Positions 19,281-26,305 of a DNA stretch of 64,000 nucleotides are shown piece by piece. Position numbers and translations under genes: made by a program. The first letter of the stretch is position 1, and every line of letters starts with the position of its first letter. Source of the DNA: Candidatus Nanopelagicales bacterium (GTDB lineage: Bacteria > Actinomycetota > Actinomycetes > S36-B12); contig JBILOY010000004.1 of assembly GCA_044374195.1 (NCBI GenBank), positions 2,514-66,513 of the forward strand. Reading direction: 5' to 3'. The notes under the pieces are model-generated. The model did not search any database, was not told where the DNA came from, and worked only from the letters and a program-made list of their open reading frames with translations.

Positions 19281-19300
19281 CAGGATTTGGGAGGAGATTC
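19281..19300 (+). repeat. Left copy of perfect 20-bp direct repeat CAGGATTTGGGAGGAGATTC
   Basis: Identical 20-mer at 24492..24511. Lies 12 nt after the stop of the flanking gene. Confidence 0.85.
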
Positions 19301-19421
19301 CCGCGGGGCGAATCGACGGCTCCTGTCCCCGCCACTGAAGTGAAAGGTCCGCCATGTGTTGGTGGGCATGTGTCATTTCTGAGTCTTGCCTTGTAGTAAC
19401 GCCATGCATAACTATTGACGG

Positions 19422-19468
19422 GTGTTCGTCTCGCTCGCGGACCGCGACACTGAGCGCCTGGCCTCCGG
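19422..19468 (+). pseudogene. higB 5' remnant (first about 16 codons) fused out of frame to higA
   Basis: GTGTTCGTCTCGCTCGCGGACCGCGACACTGAGCGCCTGGCCTCCGG aligns with 22110-22156 of the intact higB. Homology then jumps to higA codon 14 at a shared CCGG. Confidence 0.8.
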
Positions 19469-19491
19469 GGGAGCTGCTCTGGGAAGAGCTC

Positions 19492-19740
19492 ATGGTCCCG
19501 ATGGGCTTGTCTCGTTACAGGCTGGCTAAGGAGATTGGCGTGCCCGCCCCGCGCATTGGTGACATCGTGAGCGGAAAGCGTGCGGTCACCGCTGACACGG
19601 ACCTTCGCCTCTGCCGATTCTTCGGCCTCTCCGATGGCTACTGGCTGCGGGCACAGGCCGCCTACGACATCGAGGTTGCCCAGCGGCAGCTTGCTCCTGA
19701 GCTAAAGAAGATCAAGCCCTGGTCTGATACGGCTGCATGA
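19492..19740 (+). CDS. higA: Orphan HigA-family XRE antitoxin remnant (HTH intact, native start lost)
   Basis: Near-identical to 22403..22714 from PGELLWEE onward. ATG 19492 (MVPMGLSRY) is one usable start, and the frame is also open from ATG 19354. Confidence 0.5.
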   Translation: MVPMGLSRYRLAKEIGVPAPRIGDIVSGKRAVTADTDLRLCRFFGLSDGYWLRAQAAYDIEVAQRQLAPELKKIKPWSDTAA

Positions 19741-19900
19741 TCTCGAAAGTGGGTGATGCAGGTGCAATCCTGCATCCCCAGGGGGTGCAGACGGGGGTGC
19801 AAAGGTGAAGACTTGTGAGGACACGTCGCGGGGCACTCAGCCCAAAGATCGCAACTCCGTCTAGTCCCTGAGCACTGTGAAGAAGTCTCCTCGGAATTCA
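19741..19900 (+). repeat. Cassette-3' noncoding element, copy A
   Basis: Starts right after the higA stop. Alignable to 22715-22810 and 24303-24480. Contains hairpin 19755-19776 (alternative register GGTGCA-ATCC-TGCATC). Confidence 0.7.
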
Positions 19901-20049
19901 AGAGGGCGCACGGCCACTCACGTGAGGGCAAGTCGAACGGTCAGTGTGGTGTGTCCCAGTTCCGTGGCCAGTGACCATGAGTCGGCGACAGTCTGGATCA
20001 TCCGTAGCCCTAGCCCCGATCGTGAAGGGGGGTCGGAGACACCACAGCT

Positions 20050-20131
20050 TCACCTCAGCGGCTCGTCACCGAACACCACTCGATTGCAGACGAATCCGCC
20101 AGTACCGCCATTGGGCCAGTAATCCCAGCTC
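20050..20131 (-). pseudogene. 3' fragment of a secreted-protein gene (C-terminal motif SWDYWPNGGTGGFVCNRVVFGDEPLR)
   Basis: About 90% DNA identity by eye to 34632-34715. No upstream coding continuation. Confidence 0.65.
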
Positions 20132-20207
20132 GTCGATTCCACGTGCGCCTCGCACACCGCTAGCTCCAGATGTTGCATTATTGCTATGTAGCATTTATGC
20201 TGCCTTC

Positions 20208-20459
20208 ATGGGACGCAGGAGCAAAGCCGAGGAACCCGCGGTCTTCAGCCGATTGGAAGAGTGGCGTGTCGCTCGAGGGTTGAGCCGTCAAGAGCTCGCC
20301 GACGCAGTCACGGTGCATTACCAAACCATCGGTTACCTCGAACGTGGTGAGTACTCACCCAGCCTTGCCCTGGCGCTGCACATCACATCGGTGCTCGATG
20401 TCCCGCTCGAAGAACTCTTCTCGCTACAGCCATTCACCAAGTCCCGCAAAGGAGTATGA
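20208..20459 (+). CDS. Short XRE-family HTH regulator (YozG-like)
   Basis: LSRQELADAVTVHYQTIGYLERGEYSPSLALALHI. ORF-track frame 19944.. trimmed to ATG 20208. Confidence 0.8.
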   Translation: MGRRSKAEEPAVFSRLEEWRVARGLSRQELADAVTVHYQTIGYLERGEYSPSLALALHITSVLDVPLEELFSLQPFTKSRKGV

Positions 20460-21004
20460 CCATGCCACACCTTCCGACGAGCCGGCAGGAACGCAAGGAA
20501 GCCGATCTCGAGCGCAGGGTTGAGCGCATCCAGCGTGACCACAAGTTCCAGCGGCTGCGCACGCGCAATAGCCGGCGAATCCTCGCGGTCATCAGCGCCC
20601 TTCTGTGCGTCGCCATCATCCCTTCGTTCGCGCAGGGGGGCGTCATCGTGGGAATTGCCGTAACGATCGCGGCCTGGGGTAGTTGGTGGGTGTTGCGCAT
20701 CTCGACTCGCACAGTGGCCGAGCTCCCGGAGCGATTCTTGGACGAGCGGCAACGCGCCGTGCGTAATCGTGCGTACTTCTACGCTTACTTGATCCTGGGA
20801 TATACGGTGAGCGCCTTGCTGACCATTGGTCTGGTCGTATTCGTCTTGGTCTCGGAGAATGACGCAGTAACTCTCACCACGACCTGGGACCAGGTCCTCG
20901 GGTTGACCATGTCCCTCACCTTGCTTTGCTCCCTGCTCCCGAGCATGGTGGTGGCCTGGAGTGACGCGGGAGAGCAGTCCATCGAGCTAGGCGCAAGGGG
21001 CTAA
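20456..21004 (+). CDS. 4-TM membrane protein coupled to the XRE regulator
   Basis: ATGA overlap with the XRE gene. Four hydrophobic segments and an LDERQRAV motif between TM2 and TM3. Confidence 0.7.
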   Translation: MTMPHLPTSRQERKEADLERRVERIQRDHKFQRLRTRNSRRILAVISALLCVAIIPSFAQGGVIVGIAVTIAAWGSWWVLRISTRTVAELPERFLDERQRAVRNRAYFYAYLILGYTVSALLTIGLVVFVLVSENDAVTLTTTWDQVLGLTMSLTLLCSLLPSMVVAWSDAGEQSIELGARG

Positions 21005-21010
21005 CCACTG

Positions 21011-21295
21011 ATGTTGATCATTGCTGGCCATCTCGTCCTGAATCCTGCGGACCGCTAGGCCTACCTGGATCTGGCTAAGGACGTGGCCGTACAGGCGCGC
21101 GCGACGGAGGGGTGCCTGGACTTCGTGCAGTCCGCTGATCCGCTTGACTCCACGCGCATCAATATCTTCGAGCGATGGGTTTCTGAAGAACCGATGATCG
21201 CATTTCGAGAGTTGGATCAGCCGGAACTGCAGCTGCCTGCCATCGTCGACGCTGACGTCAAGCGGTACGTTGTTGCCAGCGTCGAGGCTCCCTGA
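21011..21295 (+). pseudogene. ABM-domain (antibiotic biosynthesis monooxygenase-like) gene interrupted by an in-frame TAG
   Basis: ATG 21011 gives MLIIAGHLVLNPADR, then TAG at 21056-21058. The same frame continues AYLDLAKDVAVQARATEGCLDF...IFERW, so both halves fit one ABM domain. Confidence 0.65.
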
Positions 21296-21360
21296 ATTCT
21301 CGCTTGACGAGCTGGCCCGGAGGGACGTGGGCACTGTCGCATGAGCATCCGTGTCACGAG

Positions 21361-21768
21361 TCAGCGGCGTGACTTCGCGGGTTGACGCACAGATGTCTTG
21401 TTCATCGCGAGCAGCGGTTCCACGAGAAGGCGGAGAAGTCGTTGCCGTCGGGGGGAGTCCTGGCTCGACGCCTCTACTGACAGCACCAGCCCTTCCACGA
21501 CCACGCCGATCGCGTCTGCTGCGTCCCGGAGATCGATGCCCTCAGCGCATCTGCCTTCGAGCAAGTTCTCGAGTCGGTGGGACCACCATTGATCGAACAC
21601 CCAGGCGCGTTCGGTGATCTCCGGCTCGATCCCGAGCCGCGAGGCTGCGACGATCGCCGCACAGACGCCGTGCGGGTCAGCCTCGATGGACCATTCGAGG
21701 AATCTCATCAGCGGGTCATCAGATGTCAGAAGCGTTGACTCGGTCTGCGGAACCCGAGGATCAGGCAC
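21361..21768 (-). pseudogene. TetR-family regulator fragment (ligand-binding C-terminal domain only, HTH missing)
   Basis: DDPLMRFLEWSIEADPHGV...GIEPEITERA... is paralogous to residues about 68-185 of the TetR at 40367..40906. Confidence 0.7.
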
Positions 21769-21861
21769 CGGCTCAGGGCCGGCGCCTTCCCCAATGCGCG
21801 CCCGTCGCGACGGATCGCCCTCACCCAGGACAGCGTCACGCGACGGAAGAGGGAAGGCCAG

Positions 21862-22007
21862 CGGCGATGTTCCTCGCGGGCGTGCTGGCGGAGAGCTTTG
21901 GCGTAAAGCCCGTGCTCCTGGGGATCGCCGGACTGTTGTTGATCACGGCCCTTGCTGTCTTGCGGGTCAAGGGCCTTCGCGACCTCGACTCCGATCGCGT
22001 CGAGTAG
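21862..22007 (+). pseudogene. MFS transporter 3' fragment (last about 48 codons)
   Basis: AAMFLAGVLAESFGVKPVLLGIAGLLLITALAVLRVKGLRDLDSDRVE matches the C-terminus of the MFS at 42278..43519. Confidence 0.75.
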
Positions 22008-22080
22008 CTGTGAGGACTCCTCTACCCGCGACCGCCCCTCGACGGCGGGCCGGACACTTGGTGCTCCAGTGAACTTGTTG

Positions 22081-22103
22081 ATAGTAATGTGTTGCGTTAC
22101 TAT
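22081..22103. promoter_or_regulatory. Candidate higBA operator/promoter: ATAGTAA-N9-TTACTAT
   Basis: Perfect 7-bp inverted repeat immediately upstream of the higB GTG. The right arm doubles as a TACTAT -10-like hexamer. A degenerate version is present at 19392-19416. Confidence 0.5.
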
Positions 22104-22109
22104 GAGCGA

Positions 22110-22388
22110 GTGATCGTCTCGTTCGCGGACCGCGACACTGAGCGCCTGGCTTCCGGCCGGCGCATTCGCAGGTTCACGTCCTTCGAGTCGATCGCACGAA
22201 GGAAATTGAGGCAGTTGGATATTGCTGGCCGACTCGATGACCTCAAGGTTCCGCCGGGCAATCGTCTGGAGGCGCTGAAGGGGAATCGCAAGGGCCAGAT
22301 GAGTATCCGCATCAATGATCAGTGGCGTGTCTGCTTTCGATGGACTCAGGCGGGGCCTGCCGACGTCGAGATCGTGGATTATCACTAG
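22110..22388 (+). CDS. higB: HigB-family (plasmid maintenance system killer) toxin
   Basis: VIVSFADRDTERL...NRKGQMSIRINDQWRVCFRW is typical of the family. Start trimmed to GTG 22110, downstream of the operator. Confidence 0.85.
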   Translation: MIVSFADRDTERLASGRRIRRFTSFESIARRKLRQLDIAGRLDDLKVPPGNRLEALKGNRKGQMSIRINDQWRVCFRWTQAGPADVEIVDYH

Positions 22389-22402
22389 AAGGAGGACGGG
22401 TA

Positions 22403-22714
22403 ATGGCGAAGATTGCTGTGCTGCTTGACCCGGTTACGCCGGGGGAGTTGCTCTGGGAAGAGTTCATGGTCCCGATGGGCTTGTCTCGATACCGGCTGGC
22501 CAAGGAGATTGGCGTGCCCGCCCCGCGCATTGGTGACATCGTGAGCGGAAAGCGTGCGGTCACCGCTGATACGGACCTTCGCCTCTGCCGGTTCTTCGGC
22601 CTCTCCGACGGCTACTGGCTGCGGGCACAGGCCGCCTACGACATCGAGGTCGCCCAGCGCGAGCTTGCGCCTGAGTTAAAGAAGATCAAGCCCTGGTCTG
22701 ATACGGCGGCGTGA
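22403..22714 (+). CDS. higA: HigA-family XRE antitoxin
   Basis: GAAGGAGGA RBS. HTH LSRYRLAKEIGVPAPRIGDIVSGKRAVTADTDLRL. Confidence 0.9.
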   Translation: MAKIAVLLDPVTPGELLWEEFMVPMGLSRYRLAKEIGVPAPRIGDIVSGKRAVTADTDLRLCRFFGLSDGYWLRAQAAYDIEVAQRELAPELKKIKPWSDTAA

Positions 22715-22810
22715 TCTCGAAGGTGGGCGATGGGGGTGCAAGCCTGCACCCCGGGGGAATGCAGCCCTGGGCAATCTGCACCCATAAGTGCGGTGAGGTT
22801 GTGAAGTGCT
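22715..22810 (+). repeat. Cassette-3' noncoding element, copy B (shorter)
   Basis: Starts at the higA stop. Perfect 8-bp hairpin GGGGTGCA-AGCC-TGCACCCC at 22733-22752. Confidence 0.6.
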
Positions 22811-22850
22811 TGTGTGTGCTTATCCGTATTATTTTGATACGCTTTAGCAC

Positions 22851-23420
22851 ATGAATGTGAGGGATCGGGTGTTCGAGCGAGCTGTGGAGCAGCACGGGTA
22901 CATCACGACGCGTGATGCCCGAGCGATTGGCGTGGATCCGGCTCAGTTGCGACTGATGGCTGCTCGTGGGCGGCTGGAGCGCGTGGGTCGGGGTGCGTAT
23001 CGGGTGCCCGTATTGCCGCGTACCCGGCATGACGATCTGGCTGAGGCGGTTGCCTGGACGCTGGACAGGGGCGTGGTTTCCGACGAGTCGGCGCTAGTGC
23101 TGCACGAGCTCTCCGACGTCAACCCATCGCGCATTCACCTGACAGTGCCGCGCGCCAATCACCCACGCGGGGCGGGCGGTGAGCTGTATCGCCTGCATCG
23201 CCGGGACCTTGCCATAGGCGATGTCACCGAGGTTGACGATATTCCTGTCACCACGGTTGCCCGGACCGTCCGAGACTGCTTGGCCGGCGGCACCGACCCT
23301 TACCAACTACGACTGGCGCTCGATCAAGCCGAAGCCCAAGGTGAACTTCGTCGTGACGAAGCACGGGCATTGCGCACTCGCATCGACGTGCGGAGCACGA
23401 ATAGCGGGAGACGTGCATGA
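22851..23420 (+). CDS. abiEi: AbiEi-family type IV antitoxin / transcriptional regulator
   Basis: N-terminal wHTH HGYITTRDARAIGVDPAQLRLMAARGRLERVGRGAYRV is typical of AbiEi_4. Confidence 0.8.
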   Translation: MNVRDRVFERAVEQHGYITTRDARAIGVDPAQLRLMAARGRLERVGRGAYRVPVLPRTRHDDLAEAVAWTLDRGVVSDESALVLHELSDVNPSRIHLTVPRANHPRGAGGELYRLHRRDLAIGDVTEVDDIPVTTVARTVRDCLAGGTDPYQLRLALDQAEAQGELRRDEARALRTRIDVRSTNSGRRA

Positions 23421-24292
23421 CGTTGCGTTATGACGCATCCCCTTCGAATCTGCGGGCATTGCGAGATCGCCTGGCGGCCGCTGCCAAGCGCGAGGGAATC
23501 GTCTTTGGTCGGCTCCAGCAGCATGTCGGGGTTCTGGTCGTCACCCAGTTCTTCTCGGCGCTGACCGACGATCACGGCGACCCGCTGCTTCTGGTGAAGG
23601 GCGGTGTCTCCCTGGAACTGCGGCGAGGCATCCCGGAGTCCCGAACGTCTAAGGACCTTGACGCAGTCATTCGAGGTGACATCGCTGCCGTCCACGAACT
23701 GATCGCCGAGGCAGGAGCACAAGGGTGGGAGGGATTCACTGCCGTGTTCACACCACCGGTTGCATTCGAGGTTCCGGCGTTGGGCTCTGATGCGTTCCGA
23801 TTCACTGCGAAGATCAACTACCAGGGCAAGCCCTTCGTGTCGGTACCGATCGAGGTCTCTCCGATTGAAGCGGGTAACGGCGATTCTTATGACAAGGTCA
23901 GTTCCGAGGCCCTGGCGCTCGTGGGTCTACCGAACAGCGAGGCTGTCCCGTGTATGACGTTGCCCTGGCAGATCGCACAGAAACTCCACGGTTGCACCGA
24001 ATCTGTCGAGGAGCCTCGGGCCAACGACCGAGCTCACGATCTAGTTGACCTGCAACTCCTTGAAGCCCTGCTTGTTGACGAGCCCCTTGACTACACGCGT
24101 GCCGCATGTGTCGCGGTCTTCGCTGGCCGGAGCAAGCACCAATGGCCACCTGTGATCGTTGCGTTGCCGCATTGGCCGTCAATCTACGTTCGGGCGACGG
24201 AAGGCCTCGACCAGCTTGGCCTCGCAACGGACATCGAGCAAGCCGTCCTGCGAGTCCAATCCTTCGTCGACCGGATCGAGAATTCGAAATGA
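23417..24292 (+). CDS. abiEii: AbiEii/AbiGii nucleotidyltransferase toxin family protein
   Basis: ATGA overlap with abiEi. 291 aa with LVKGGVSLELR and KDLD nucleotidyltransferase-type motifs. Confidence 0.8.
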   Translation: MTLRYDASPSNLRALRDRLAAAAKREGIVFGRLQQHVGVLVVTQFFSALTDDHGDPLLLVKGGVSLELRRGIPESRTSKDLDAVIRGDIAAVHELIAEAGAQGWEGFTAVFTPPVAFEVPALGSDAFRFTAKINYQGKPFVSVPIEVSPIEAGNGDSYDKVSSEALALVGLPNSEAVPCMTLPWQIAQKLHGCTESVEEPRANDRAHDLVDLQLLEALLVDEPLDYTRAACVAVFAGRSKHQWPPVIVALPHWPSIYVRATEGLDQLGLATDIEQAVLRVQSFVDRIENSK

Positions 24293-24302
24293 GAGTGACG
24301 AC

Positions 24303-24480
24303 GAAAGTGTGCGGGGTAGGTACAGGCTTGCACCCACCGCGGAGTGCAGAAGGGGGTGCGCAAGTGACTGTTTGTGAGGGTAAGTCGCAGTGCACGCAAT
24401 CCAAAGATCGCAGCCTTGTTTTGTCTCCCCGCTACCAATGAAGAAGACCCCTCCTTCGGGAAGGATCTTCTTCATTTGAT
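24303..24480 (+). repeat. Cassette-3' noncoding element, copy C (longest)
   Basis: Follows the abiEii stop. Aligns block by block with copy A (CGAAAGTG, hairpin, GTGCAGA-GGGGGTGC, TTGTGAGG, CCAAAGATCGCA, GAAGAAG hairpin). Confidence 0.7.
24438..24475 (+). terminator. Long stem-loop at the end of element C
   Basis: ATGAAGAAGA...TCTTCTTCAT 10-bp stem with an inner TCCTT-CGGG-AAGGA stem, followed by TTTGAT. Confidence 0.5.
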
Positions 24481-24491
24481 CGTGAGGTCAC

Positions 24492-24511
24492 CAGGATTTG
24501 GGAGGAGATTC
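24492..24511 (+). repeat. Right copy of perfect 20-bp direct repeat CAGGATTTGGGAGGAGATTC
   Basis: Identical to 19281..19300. The flanking bases differ on both sides. Confidence 0.85.
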
Positions 24512-24607
24512 GGCAGGTTTCGTGAGGATGCACGCCGCTGGGCCGTCCACTGGGCACATTTTCCGGGTTTTCCGACCGCTGACCCGTGGGAGCCCTAGCA
24601 TCGATGT

Positions 24608-24868
24608 GTGGAAAGTATGACTTTGCAGATTGTCGGACTACTGGGGCCGCTCTTTCTCCTCGGGGCGTACGCACTGCTCTCATCCGGCAGGATGGTGGCC
24701 ACCTCACCGATGTATCAAGTGTTGAACCTCATGGGTGCTGGCGTGATGGTCTGGGTGGGTGTGTCGACAAATGTGTGGTCCGTGTGGGTGCTCAATGGAA
24801 TCTGGTGCCTGATCGCGCTGCTCGGACTAATCCGGATTCGTCGGCGACATAACGAAGAACCCGTCTAG
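24608..24868 (+). CDS. Small 3-TM membrane protein, CBU_0592-like
   Basis: 86 aa. IVGLLGPLFLLGAYALLS...YQVLNLMGAG...NGIWCLIALLGL resembles that family. Confidence 0.65.
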   Translation: MESMTLQIVGLLGPLFLLGAYALLSSGRMVATSPMYQVLNLMGAGVMVWVGVSTNVWSVWVLNGIWCLIALLGLIRIRRRHNEEPV

Positions 24869-26178
24869 TACACGCTGGCGTACAGCTCGCAGACTTCCTC
24901 AGGAGACATCGATCTCGTGATCTCTAACTCAGCTCGTTTGACCGACAGATAGGACTCCAACATCTGCGGCGGCATCCAGGTGCGCGCTATCGGATCCGTC
25001 TCGAAGGTATTGAGTGCCTGTTCGAAAGTAGCCGCGAGTGGCGTAATGCCCAGGGCTGCCCGCTCCTCCTCGGTGAGGTCGGCTGGATCTCCCTCGCAGA
25101 TGGCAGGCAGAGGCAGTTGATCGCGGATCCCCTCCAGACCGGCGCGAATGAGAGCGCCCAACACGATGTAGGGGCTGGCTGTCGGGTCCGGTGGCCGGAA
25201 TTCAAGGTTGAAGCCCCGGGCCTTCTTGTCCGGATCGATCTCTGTCGACGGGCACACTCTGACCGCAGCTTCACGATTCTGGATCCCGAAACTGGCATAC
25301 CCGCAACTCCAATGCTGGGGTCCGAGTCGAAGGTATGAGACGGGGCTGGGTGCTGTCAGCGCGGTGAGTGCGTGGATGTGGCGCATCACTCCACCGATGA
25401 AGTGCTGAGCGACTTTGCTGGTTCCCGTTGGCTCGCGCGGATCGGACGTCGCATTACGTCCCTCGGAATCGACAAGGCTGAAATGGACGTGGCTTCCGTT
25501 GCCCACTCCGAGAAGGGACGGCTTTGGGCTGAAGCAGGCCCGCATGCCTCGCTGGCGTGCGACCTCGCGGATCAACTCGCGGGCAATGATTGCGCGATCT
25601 CCGGCGGATGGTCCAACTGCAGGGGCGACCGTTACCTCGTATTGCCGCACGCCGTACTCAGGCTCTATCGTCTCCGGATCCAGGCCTGCCTCCTGAAGCG
25701 CTCGGCACAGGTCGGACGTGAACTGAGCAGCATTGCGCATGGCCTCCACACTGAAGGGTGCACCCGCAGACAGCTCGTCAGATTGAAGCAGGAACTCATG
25801 CTCGAATGCCGCCATGAACTCCAGGCCTGTCTCCGCGCGGAGATCATCCATCGCGTGACGCATGAAGGCGCGAGTGCAGCAGTCCCAGTCCGTGCCATCG
25901 GCGTTCTTGGAGTCGCACAGGTACATATGAAATGCGGGCGCATCCGTCCACATGTCCACGCGCACCACGGAATCCTCAACCGGGACCTGTCGGACTTCGG
26001 AGGTAGGACCCCACGGATTGGGTGCGATGTCTCCGAACGGCGTCAGGGCCTGACCCGATACCGCCCAGCCCAGACCGGTCTCGAGCCGATTGGCGACCAT
26101 ATCTGCGGGAATCCCGCGACACCTGGTTACGCCGACATAGTCATTCCATGCAAGAAGTGCGATATCCCCGTTAGTCAC
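24865..26178 (-). CDS. Glutamine-synthetase-like (GSI-fold) ligase, probable gamma-glutamyl-amine synthetase
   Basis: GS catalytic-domain blocks (NGSHVHFSL, EFRPPD). 437 aa. Confidence 0.85.
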   Translation of the reverse strand: MTNGDIALLAWNDYVGVTRCRGIPADMVANRLETGLGWAVSGQALTPFGDIAPNPWGPTSEVRQVPVEDSVVRVDMWTDAPAFHMYLCDSKNADGTDWDCCTRAFMRHAMDDLRAETGLEFMAAFEHEFLLQSDELSAGAPFSVEAMRNAAQFTSDLCRALQEAGLDPETIEPEYGVRQYEVTVAPAVGPSAGDRAIIARELIREVARQRGMRACFSPKPSLLGVGNGSHVHFSLVDSEGRNATSDPREPTGTSKVAQHFIGGVMRHIHALTALTAPSPVSYLRLGPQHWSCGYASFGIQNREAAVRVCPSTEIDPDKKARGFNLEFRPPDPTASPYIVLGALIRAGLEGIRDQLPLPAICEGDPADLTEEERAALGITPLAATFEQALNTFETDPIARTWMPPQMLESYLSVKRAELEITRSMSPEEVCELYASVY

Positions 26179-26305
26179 GGCATATCCCTTCCACGGGGCC
26201 TTTGCCCCGAGACAATGATGGAACGAGGTTTTTGCTCAGGTGCGCGAGCGCATCTAATCCACTTACCGTATTCCCTGTCAATTGAAATTGTGTAACATTT
26301 GTTTC

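Noticed and set aside
19944-20207. Upstream 88 codons of the ORF-track frame 19944..20459
   Set aside because: That part runs through a gene stub and noncoding repeat DNA. The XRE domain starts at ATG 20208, right after a likely operator.
19741-24480. Idea that the recurring cassette-3' elements are integron attC sites (a CALIN-like array)
   Set aside because: I could not find the RYYYAAC / GTTRRRY core pairs or the R''-L''/L'-R' symmetry in any copy, and no intI-like gene is present. The cassette-like logic is kept as a hypothesis, but not the integron identity.
25372-26295. 307-aa plus-strand ORF
   Set aside because: It is antisense to the GS-like ligase. Likewise, 31331-32149 and 32154-33089 are antisense to rocD and the SDR, and 57484-58332 is antisense to the FAD oxidoreductase.
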